64,000 nt of DNA from a virus (lineage: Duplodnaviria > Caudoviricetes): the IMG/VR virus record IMGVR_UViG_3300031994_000022; one strand, 5' to 3'. Shown piece by piece: positions 1 to 9,172 of the stretch (positions are counted from its first letter, which is position 1; each line of letters begins with the position of its first letter). The notes below the pieces were generated by a model. That model saw only the letters and a program-made list of their open reading frames with translations, ran no database searches and had not been told where the DNA came from. A program made the translations under genes and the position numbers.

Positions 1-1688
1 CTCAATTTTATTGTGCTTTGAATACTCAAGCAACATTTTGTCAAGCTTATCAGTTAGCTCATCCGTAGAGAGATCGAAGTAATTCTCTCGCTTTGATAAC
101 TCGACAAATTCCTTGGTTTCTCGAATATTCTTCCAATCCTCTGACTGAAGAATTTCCTTCTTTGCTGGTTCGGACTCGTACTTTGCAAGTTTTTCCTCAA
201 TAGCAGAGTAGCTAGTTTTCATCTGTTCAAGAGCATTCTTCTCATCAGCAGATAAGAACGAAACAAATGTTTCAATTCTATCACCCTTAAGTGAATATAC
301 ATCTTTCTTTACAGAATAAGACTGACGATAGTGCTTATTATTCCACCAATCGTGGAATTCAACTATCTTAGTTTCTTCAATAACATCACAATCATACCAT
401 GCACCATCAGACTCACCGTAAGTATCATTTACAAGAATTGTAAGAGCATTCAGCTTTTCCTTGAGTGATACTGAATAATCTTTCTTTGCACCCTTAACAG
501 ACACAGTATAATTTACGGAATAGTAATTAACATCTTCTGGATCTTCGGTATTATCATCAGGTTCATCAGGTTGTTCTTCTTCCTCAGATTGTACTTCAGG
601 AGTATCGTCTTTATCATCAGGATTCTCATCATCGTCCTGATTTTCCTTGTCATCATCATCCTTGTCGCCATCCTCATCGTCATCGTCTTGATCCTCATCG
701 TCAACAATTACCGAATCATCATCTTCAGACTTCTTACGCTTTTTCGGACTATCTTCAAAGTTTTCTGTAGAAGGAGTGAAATGCTCTGCAAATACTGCTT
801 CGAGTTCCTCATCTGAAAGTCCTTCGTACTCAAAATCAATTTCATCAATTGACTTTCCATATTGTTCTAAAAGCTTTTCAAACATTGGTTTTGGATTACC
901 TCCTTCCTCTAGAATTTCGTTGTTTATATTAAGGTTATCTATTTTCTCGTTAAGAGCAGATAACATCTCAATAACTTTTTCATTCTGTGAGAATATACTA
1001 TTATTCTCGACACTAAAGTCGGCAATTGAAATATTGCTTCCAACCATACCAGGCTTTACTTCTTCGCCTGTGTAACGATTCTCTTCAAGTATTGTGACTC
1101 CACTAAATCTAAACTTGTCTATACACAATACTTTCTCTTTAGAGTCATAAGATAATTCATCTACAAATAACTCTACACTCACAGACAATCTCTTTTCTCT
1201 TTCTATAATTTCTGCTGCTTTACTGTATGTTTTCCAAATAATACCAGTACCGTCAACATAAGTCTTATCCATATCTACATCATATACTAATTTAAGATCG
1301 GCTGATTCCGGTATACAGCCAACTGGGATTTCCTCATATACGGTTTCACCATCATCATTAACATACAACTCATGACTAGCAAAAACATCTTTCTCACCAT
1401 TGTTATATATATATCCTAAGATTGGCATATTATACGCAGTAGGCAAAGCATTCTCCATAGCCTTTTCAGATATAAAACTTTGGTTGGCATTTTTCTCTGT
1501 GTGACAAAGTCTGATAGGACAATACATATTCAATTCATCATCTTCAGACTGATCATATGTAAACGGTTCATCTATATGAACTACAATGGTAGTGTCATTA
1601 TCAGCAGAACTGAATTTTACATTCTTATTCTGAGTTACATAATAATTATATAAATCAGAGAGATATAAGAGTTTTTTCACTTCTCCAT
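1..1688 (-). CDS. Prohead protease/scaffold-type head protein (SPbeta YonD-like), runs off the left edge
   Basis: Not in the ORF track because it has no stop in the window. Manual translation from ATG 1688 (RBS GAAAGGAGG) gives MEKVKKLLYLSDLY...CHTEKNANQSFIS...SVSVELFVDEL...FSGVTIL...PGM, then an Asp/Glu-rich linker; open to position 1. Lies downstream of the portal. Confidence 0.75.
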
Positions 1689-1699
1689 ATTCCTCCTTT

Positions 1700-3530
1700 C
1701 TTTAAAAATAACAAAACGCAGAGCAGACCTTTTACAATCTACTCTGCAACCGTAATCAATACGGTTCTCTCCTTATATGTGCCTCCATTGGACACTTCAT
1801 TGAGAGGTGTGGAGGCTTCTGTCAAAATGACCCGACGTGGTACGCATCAAAGTGAGAGGCGTGTCGGGTTCTGTCCAATATAAAAGGAGCTGTGTGTACC
1901 AGCTCCAATTCCTCGCAATATTGGCAGTAATTACAGTTTACTGCCGATAATTCCTTAGCGAGTCTCGGCGTTTTTCTTTTCAGATATCTGCATCCTAGTC
2001 AGGGTAAGACTGCCGCAGCTTACGGTAGAACCTCCACGTAAGAACCTGACAAACCTTACGCTTCAACGGTTAAACTTAACTAGTGAGTAATATTCTAACC
2101 GTTACTCGCGGTACGAAAATGTCACGAAAACTATATACTATTCGTGACACAATCTCAGCTCCTCCTACCAATAGGATAGGTGAGTAAGTAGATAATGCGT
2201 AGTCCCGGTGTTAACACATAACACTTACCACGACGGAGGCAGGATACTACGACTTACAATATCTGTCAGAGCGTACTCCACATGGAAGTCTGACAATCCC
2301 ATGCTTCACAGCAGATCCGCCAATACCCAAGGGCGAAGAGTAGTTTAAGTGCTTAACTCAGGCACAAACATTTTCAAACCGACCTTTTATATTGCGGTAA
2401 TCGGTCTCCGCATGGGTTCTGTTTATTTTGCAACTTTCATTTGATGGCTTATGGTAAGTTGCCACCTTTATACATCTCCACATTCACCGCATACCATCAC
2501 GGATTCCGCTTCATAGACATCTACACTTAGGCGGTGAACACCATGTATTGGCTCTGTTCTCGCTCCACTCTTGTGTCTTTACCACAGATTTAAAGTCTAC
2601 ACCTACGCTACTGACTACCAATATTTTGAATCGCTAGAAGTTTTAAGTCGTCCTAAAGACCATATGGTTATCCGATATTGCAGTGTTTTACAGATTCGTC
2701 ATCCAACCATATGAACACCTCTGGAAACGTGCCTCCTCGGAATAGGGCTACACCAGTACCATTACGCACCTACGTGTTTAGGTCTTTTCGTTGACCAAAT
2801 ATTAAAGCGACTCGGCGCGGATCTTCACCGCCATCGTGCTAGTTATAGGGAATTCGCCTCGGTTACCAACCTTAACGCCGCTTATAATAATCCACTTTTT
2901 ATTTGGAAGCGATGGGACACTTCGTTTGAATCACTAGGAGTTTTAGGTCATCCTAAAGACCGCTCGTAATGGGTTTAATGTCTCCATACCGACAAAAAGA
3001 ACGGCATTGATGCTGGCATCGCTACCGCTGAAAAACCTTTGGCTTTTCGTTCATAATCCACCGTTGTAGCATAGGTCGTGGGACACCTACCGCACCGTTC
3101 TTGGAATTTCTTTGTTGTGGGAGTTACCCACTTCATTATTTTTCCTCACACTTCGCCGCCACACTAAATGACTATAAAGGTTCTCACTTGAATTTTAAGG
3201 TGGACGAGATATTCCACCAGTAGAGTTATTGCGCATTACGGTAACTTCGCTTACCTCGGTACTGTCGGTTAAGGGAGCCGACTCCTATTGGATAGCTGAC
3301 AACATATCACCTATTGCCGAGCTTTCATGGTATATTTAACGCCCCCCACTAGGGAAAGAGGTGCTATCCGTTGTCCTCTTATATTTTACTGCCCTATCAA
3401 AACCATCATAGGACTCTTCACCCGGTCAATTTTTATTTTACCGACGAGTCAGAACCGTCACTCGTCATCTTCGCTCGGTCAGTTTTTATATTACCGACGA
3501 GTCAGAACCGTCACTCGTCTCATCTATTAT
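1700..3530 (-). ncRNA. Large structured non-coding RNA region: array of pseudoknot/hairpin modules
   Basis: ~1.8 kb with no credible ORF, visibly more GC-rich than the flanks, dense in stems, with duplicated modules carrying pairing-preserving substitutions. Strand inferred from G-U pairs and operon direction. Confidence 0.85.
3423..3519 (-). repeat. 53-nt-period tandem repeat (about 2 copies, plus a degenerate third at ~3380-3415)
   Basis: CCGACGAGTCAGAACCGTCACTCGTC at 3441 and 3494, each preceded by CGGTCA(A/G)TTTTTAT(T/A)TTA. Confidence 0.95.
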
Positions 3531-3584
3531 GGAATTATTTTTTGTTTTATTTGGTTGATTTGGATCATTTGCGTAATACCATTT

Positions 3585-3612
3585 AAAAAAGACGACAAAT
3601 TAACGTCGTCTT
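3585..3612 (-). terminator. Intrinsic terminator-like hairpin after the portal gene
   Basis: Minus strand AAGACGAC-gttaattt-GTCGTCTT followed by a T run. Confidence 0.65.
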
Positions 3613-3638
3613 AAAAATATTGTTTTATTATCTAAAAG

Positions 3639-5195
3639 TTATCCTTCGCTCCTTGCCCTAGAACGTTCACCTGAATCAGATAAATCTCCTTCATCTACTT
3701 GTGGTCTTCCTTGTCCAATTTCAGAAGTATATCCATCTTCAGTACCACTTTGGGTATAAGATGAATTTAGAGGACGAAGTTTATCACTAAGACCTAATAA
3801 TTCTTCTTCTACATAATTCATACAGATAGTGTCTTTTTCACTAAATCCATTAAGAGTATTGATAGCTAACTTAGTTGGTAATCCATACTGACCAGACGAA
3901 AGTAGCTGTTCTCTATAGTCTGACTTTGTATATGTTGAAATTGGCATAAAACGTACTTTGCAGTCATCGGCACCCTCATAACTAAGCATCCTCATTACCC
4001 AAGATTGTATTTGTGGTAGAAGAGAAGAGATGGCAAATTCTGTGTTGGCAATGGTAGCCATCTTAAATGCATAAGTATTATTGATGGTAGCACCATTAAG
4101 TATTTCAGCACCACCAGCCGTATTTAGTACTTGCTCTGTAGCTTTAGCAACTTTAGTAGTATCAGTTGCTTTATCATCACCAAAGCTTATTTCATGCAAT
4201 TGTCCAGGAACAATGGCAGTAGCTATATAATCCGGAATACTATCATTAAGCTTATCAAAATATGGTAATGAAAGATCCGGGTCGATTTTCCAATCGTCTA
4301 TTCGCTTCGATCCGGTTATGGTTTCTAATTCGTACCACAGAAGCTTGTATACGCTCGCAGCATCCCCCGCTGCTTGAATGTCCTCAAGGTCTGCAAGATT
4401 TATAATACTATTAAATATACCGCTCCAGGGACTGACTATTACATCCAAATCTTCAATTCTAAACTTCATACAAACTTGATACTTAGAATCTATCAGTTGC
4501 CACTTTTCACCAGTGCTTTGATAATTTTTCCAAACATCTTCAAATACTTCTGGTATATATTCAATAAGTTCTTGTCTATTTCTTAGCCATGAGGCATCAA
4601 AAAAATAAGACAGATCACCTGTCATAAATTTTCCAGCTATCTTACAATAATCAGCTGGTAATTGCATATGAAATACCCCAGTATCATCATGAATATAGAT
4701 ACCATAATAAATATCTTGAACAAAACAAGTAAATATTATTGGATAAAATTCCTGCTGTAATCTCATTATTGAAACTGCATCAAGAGTATTTTGATAAGAT
4801 TTCATTATCTTATCAGCATTATTTTCTTTGACTAAATCATATTTAGGAATAATGCTTCGACAATCTAAACAAAACATTTCACTAAAGAAATGAACAATCC
4901 TATAAAATACATGAGACCTATACAGAAGGTACCAGGCTAACGCTCGCAAATTCTTTTCTTGAGATCCGATATTTTGTAAATATTGTCTTAATCTTTCTTT
5001 ATCAAAAGTAGTAATTGTTTTATTATAAGTCTTACCAATATCTCTTAATTGTTTAAGCATCTTATCTTTATTTTCAGTAGCAAAATTTGTAACCATATCT
5101 AAACGGTCTTTATTTTTGCTATACCAATCTTTTATTTCAGCCACTGTCGGCTGTTTAGGTGCATTCGACACCTGTGTAGTCTTTGTTCGTGCCAA
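3639..5195 (-). CDS. Phage portal protein (YonE-like)
   Basis: 518 aa, TTG start with AAGGAGG RBS, directly after the large terminase; portal-like C-terminus PLNSSYTQSG...GRP. Confidence 0.8.
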   Translation of the reverse strand: MARTKTTQVSNAPKQPTVAEIKDWYSKNKDRLDMVTNFATENKDKMLKQLRDIGKTYNKTITTFDKERLRQYLQNIGSQEKNLRALAWYLLYRSHVFYRIVHFFSEMFCLDCRSIIPKYDLVKENNADKIMKSYQNTLDAVSIMRLQQEFYPIIFTCFVQDIYYGIYIHDDTGVFHMQLPADYCKIAGKFMTGDLSYFFDASWLRNRQELIEYIPEVFEDVWKNYQSTGEKWQLIDSKYQVCMKFRIEDLDVIVSPWSGIFNSIINLADLEDIQAAGDAASVYKLLWYELETITGSKRIDDWKIDPDLSLPYFDKLNDSIPDYIATAIVPGQLHEISFGDDKATDTTKVAKATEQVLNTAGGAEILNGATINNTYAFKMATIANTEFAISSLLPQIQSWVMRMLSYEGADDCKVRFMPISTYTKSDYREQLLSSGQYGLPTKLAINTLNGFSEKDTICMNYVEEELLGLSDKLRPLNSSYTQSGTEDGYTSEIGQGRPQVDEGDLSDSGERSRARSEG

Positions 5196-5207
5196 GTCGC
5201 ACCTCCT

Positions 5208-7253
5208 TTATCTGCCCACTATTTTTGCTGGGCGAATTGTTAATTTATCTAAAAGATAATTTGAAGATACTTTTGGCTTCTGAAGAAGCAACTTACGTCT
5301 TTCCTCAGCCAATGCGTGTCCAAGCATACAACAAGTATAGGCACGGTCGTCATGCATTTTATTAGCTTTTTCTGGGGTTAACTCAAAAGAGTCCTTACCG
5401 GATTCCCTTTTCTTTCTCACCATATTAACCAATTCTTCTTTCAAAGCATCGATATTTGCTAAAGCAATTTTATCTTTCCAATCCAACTTTATAGTTTTAG
5501 TATTAACCGATTGTACCTTACCTAATTCTTCTTGTAATTTATCTTCAAATTCTTTTTCATTTAGTTTTTTCTTTTTTAATTCTTCAATTATTCTTCCACG
5601 TTCTTTGTCTAATTTCTTCTGGTCAATATCAAATACAGTAAGATATTCTTTATTATCATATGTACTTGTGAAACCAATCTTATCTTGATTAAGCATTTCT
5701 ATTAGTGCTTCATACATCATCGATTTAAATTTAGCCGGTTCCATAAGATGAACCTTGTCCACCGCATTTGGGAATCTACCAACATAATCAGCAGAGTATT
5801 CTTTATCTATTAATCCTCTATGAATAATACCATCAGAAGTTTCCCAATCTGGCATCAAGTAATCGGCTATGTTCACACCGCCTCCTCCCGTACCAGCATC
5901 AATCCAAATACCGACAATATTTTCATATGCATCAGCACCAGCGTTGTAATCAAGAATCATTTGTTTTAAATATTCAATCTGATCAGGCGTTCTCATAGGA
6001 CTCTTGATTCGTTTACCGACATCCAAAAGATTAACACCATTAACAATCTTTGCTCTTTTATCAATGCTTCCATCTACTTGTATAAAATCATAAAACTCAG
6101 CCACAAGTATAAATGAGTTATCCACCTTACGAGCAGGGTCATAAAATAACCCATATTTCTTATCACCAGTTTCATTACAATGAATTGGCTTTCGAGTTTC
6201 CTCATTACGAGTAATAACACCACGTTTTACAATGGCATCCGAACCAGCTTCTGTTGTAAATTGACAGTAATACTCGCGCCTCGCCTTTTCTGGATTTGTT
6301 CTCATTTCAGATTCGACAGTAGAGCGAGAGAGTAGTGGAGCAATAACTTCACCATGTAATGTCGGTTTGAATGCGAGTTCACAATCAATGTGAAGAACAC
6401 AATAATCTGGGTCTCCCATAATCTGACGTTTAGCAAAATCTCTATATAAAGAATAAAACTTTGTATCAGTAGAAGATGCACTACTAATATAAAACTTTTG
6501 GTTTGGTATATCTGTGGCAAACGTTCTTTGTCTAATAGGGTCAATAGAACGACCACTTGCATCTTTACCAGTCTTTAAGCTTTTATTTACAATAGCAAAC
6601 GCCGAATATACATTCATCATTTCTTCCGATAAAAAACCGCTTTCATCGAAGATTACGTTTCCTCTCATTCCTCTCTTTTTATCTATATTACTGTTGAGCG
6701 TCTGAGTCATCGACCCATTATAGACTTCGTAATTGAATCCATTAGAAGAATGACTAAAACCATCGCCAGCTGCATTTTTGATTTTTATTTCATCTTTAAA
6801 TATTTTTCCTGTAGAACCTGCAAAGGTATCTATGTTATCATTTGCAATACGTTCGAGCGTTGTGAAAGTTTGTTCTGCCTGAGAACCAGATCCTGAAGCA
6901 ATATATGTCCAATAATTACAGAAACACATGTCCTTCATCATGGTTTCTAAATCTATAACTGTTGATTTTCCCCAACCTCGAGTCGCAACGATTAATACAT
7001 TTGGACAATTCCATGAACGCTGTACTGCTAAAGCTTGAGAATCCAAAAGTTCAATATTAAACCAAAAATCTATACCAGCTACGGGATTACATTGAAAATA
7101 TTTCTGCATCATCGCAATAGCCTGTAACGCTTCAATTTTTCTCGTAGACATAGGATAATCAATTGGCTTTACAAATATTCCATAATCTTTATAGAAATCT
7201 TTATCATATTGCAAATCATAATCAAAACTATTCGGTGTCCATATCTGACTCAT
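5208..7253 (-). CDS. Terminase large subunit (YonF-like)
   Basis: Walker A ATRGWGKST, Walker B IFDESGF, motif III ISSAS, nuclease acidic motifs YDPAR, IDAGTGGGG and HDDRAY. Confidence 0.92.
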   Translation of the reverse strand: MSQIWTPNSFDYDLQYDKDFYKDYGIFVKPIDYPMSTRKIEALQAIAMMQKYFQCNPVAGIDFWFNIELLDSQALAVQRSWNCPNVLIVATRGWGKSTVIDLETMMKDMCFCNYWTYIASGSGSQAEQTFTTLERIANDNIDTFAGSTGKIFKDEIKIKNAAGDGFSHSSNGFNYEVYNGSMTQTLNSNIDKKRGMRGNVIFDESGFLSEEMMNVYSAFAIVNKSLKTGKDASGRSIDPIRQRTFATDIPNQKFYISSASSTDTKFYSLYRDFAKRQIMGDPDYCVLHIDCELAFKPTLHGEVIAPLLSRSTVESEMRTNPEKARREYYCQFTTEAGSDAIVKRGVITRNEETRKPIHCNETGDKKYGLFYDPARKVDNSFILVAEFYDFIQVDGSIDKRAKIVNGVNLLDVGKRIKSPMRTPDQIEYLKQMILDYNAGADAYENIVGIWIDAGTGGGGVNIADYLMPDWETSDGIIHRGLIDKEYSADYVGRFPNAVDKVHLMEPAKFKSMMYEALIEMLNQDKIGFTSTYDNKEYLTVFDIDQKKLDKERGRIIEELKKKKLNEKEFEDKLQEELGKVQSVNTKTIKLDWKDKIALANIDALKEELVNMVRKKRESGKDSFELTPEKANKMHDDRAYTCCMLGHALAEERRKLLLQKPKVSSNYLLDKLTIRPAKIVGR

Positions 7254-8577
7254 CTACAGACACCTCCTCTTCTTCAGCAGAGAAAGGAGAGTAAAGTTCT
7301 TTTAAATTATGAAGATTAGTCGTAATATCAATATCTTGCTCCCCTAAATAATCTTTAAGATCAAGATTTTCTCTTAACAATAATCTATTTATTTCTTTAA
7401 AAGCATCTCTTTCTTTTCGTAATGTTTGATTATCAACTCTCATAGTCGCAACAATGTCTGCCCATTCAGATTCATCCAATGCTAATTGTTTCATAATAGA
7501 AGCATCAGATATTTCTTGGACTTGTTGCATACCCCGACATGTGGCAATATCAAAACCATTCACTTGTCCTTCTCGAAGATTTAAATCTTTAATTTTCTGA
7601 ATTTTACCAGTCCAAGTATTTTCACCCTTAATAGAATTCTTGCTATTTTTGAGAGAGATACAGTTTTCGCTTGCAAGTTTAGTAACGCTTAAAGTAATAT
7701 TCTTTTTCATTTCTTGAAGAGCTTTAACTGTAGATATATTTTTTTCTGCATTTCTAGTGTCTTGAACTAAATCTGCAATCATATCATCTATCTGATTTAT
7801 CTGTAGAAAGTTACGAACAATACTGATGATAGATGAAGTTCTCATCATATCATCATTACCATTTTCATCAGAATCCAAGAATCCAATAAGCTGAGAATAT
7901 AAAAATGGTTGGTCGGCTAACTTTTCCTTTTCAAAAGGAAGATAACCAAGCAACCTCAACGTATCATTTTTATTCTTTTCAAATTGGTCGAGTATCTCTT
8001 GATCTTTCGGAAGAGCATCCTCAGCCATATCTTCAATGCTAAACATTCCTCCCGTATAATTATCTGACTGTCTATAAGTCAAAGTGTAATACTGAGGCAT
8101 AGCCGCATTTTTAATATAACTCGTCCACACATTAGATTTTGCTTTGCCCGTAGATTGATTAGCGGCTTCAAGCAAAGAAGAATCCCATATGGAATCTAAC
8201 ATTGGTTTGTCGAGAAAATAACAAGCATCATCCACAGTTTTCTTTGTGGGTTGTTGCTTTTTTCCATTCACCGTCGGCATAGCAATGTCGGCAGCACATT
8301 GCTTGCAACCGTCCGTTATTTGACTCGCACAGTTAGGAGCAGTAGAAGAGTAGAAATCGCTTTTCTTCTTAACTTTTCCGCAGTGCTGACAAGTATAATA
8401 TTTAGAACCAACTCCAAGTATTTCTAAACATTGTAGTTGGTCTTTATCTTCTAATTTATCAAACAACTTTTGTATTTTATCTATTTGTTCTTTTATATCT
8501 TTAAGCCCGGTAATTTTGTCACTACGAGTATTTGTAGTTGACTTCTGCCCGACTTGTCTCATAGTTTTCGTAGCCAC
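7228..8577 (-). CDS. Zn-binding packaging-associated protein (YonG-like, possible terminase small subunit)
   Basis: 449 aa with CQHC...CKQC; overlaps the terminase start; position matches SPbeta-like gene order. Confidence 0.55.
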   Translation of the reverse strand: MATKTMRQVGQKSTTNTRSDKITGLKDIKEQIDKIQKLFDKLEDKDQLQCLEILGVGSKYYTCQHCGKVKKKSDFYSSTAPNCASQITDGCKQCAADIAMPTVNGKKQQPTKKTVDDACYFLDKPMLDSIWDSSLLEAANQSTGKAKSNVWTSYIKNAAMPQYYTLTYRQSDNYTGGMFSIEDMAEDALPKDQEILDQFEKNKNDTLRLLGYLPFEKEKLADQPFLYSQLIGFLDSDENGNDDMMRTSSIISIVRNFLQINQIDDMIADLVQDTRNAEKNISTVKALQEMKKNITLSVTKLASENCISLKNSKNSIKGENTWTGKIQKIKDLNLREGQVNGFDIATCRGMQQVQEISDASIMKQLALDESEWADIVATMRVDNQTLRKERDAFKEINRLLLRENLDLKDYLGEQDIDITTNLHNLKELYSPFSAEEEEVSVDESDMDTE

Positions 8578-8804
8578 AAATTCACCTACTTCCTTTTATT
8601 CAAAAATTAAAGTGTCAAATATTGCACGTTAATATCAAGAATCAATATTAACAAGACAAATACGACACTCTACACTTCGTCCTTAACTAATAAGGCTTAT
8701 ATTTTTCGCCTTTCGCATTAAGACTTTCGAGACGCATCTCTACTTATCACATATCCGCAAATATCTGTCTTTCACTGTCTCTCCGAAGATAACAGAGGGC
8801 ATTT

Positions 8805-8876
8805 TAGCAGGGGTAGGAATTGCACCCACAACCTCCGGAGCATGAATCCGGCAAACGTCTGTCGTTATGCCCTGCG
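8805..8876 (-). tRNA. tRNA-Met(CAT)-like, atypical D arm, C1:U72 mismatch
   Basis: CGCAGGG/CCCTGCT acceptor, CCGGA-TTCATGC-TCCGG anticodon arm, GTGGG-TGCAATT-CCTAC T arm; D loop lacks GG. Confidence 0.7.
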
Positions 8877-9012
8877 TTAAAATATAGAACACATCGGCTC
8901 ATTACCCCTGTACACTGGGAACACAACCGACCACTTACGGACAATACAGGTATCATCCTTTTCGCAGGCTCTCGTTCTATTTGCGTTTGCATGATTTAAT
9001 GTGTTTGCTCAT

Positions 9013-9081
9013 TGAAAATGTAGGATTCGAACCTCGCCCCTACAGCCCAAGTGTAGTGTGCTACCATTACACCACATTCTC
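9013..9081 (-). tRNA. tRNA-Pro(TGG)-like, degenerate
   Basis: GAGAATG/CATTTTC acceptor, D loop AATGGTA, CTACA-CTTGGGC-TGTAG anticodon arm, AGG-TTCGAAT-CCT shortened T stem. Confidence 0.65.
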
Positions 9082-9172
9082 ATTAAAATGGCGTGGGGTA
9101 TCTAGTATTCCCCACGCCTTATATATTAACTAGAATTATCCCCACTCTCCCTAGAGGGTGGCAGATTTGTCA

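Noticed and set aside
513-1075. Short ORFs 513..707, 571..816 and 776..1075
   Set aside because: Shadows of the acidic linker of the real minus-strand gene 1..1688.
1700-3530. Group I or II intron, or CRISPR array
   Set aside because: The tract is intergenic and both flanking genes are intact. I found no convincing domain V or P7 core, no regularly spaced identical repeats with spacers, and no cas genes.
3327-3614. Plus-strand 95-aa and 71-aa ORFs
   Set aside because: Antisense to the operon, no RBS, and their repeated peptides merely reflect the 53-nt repeat.
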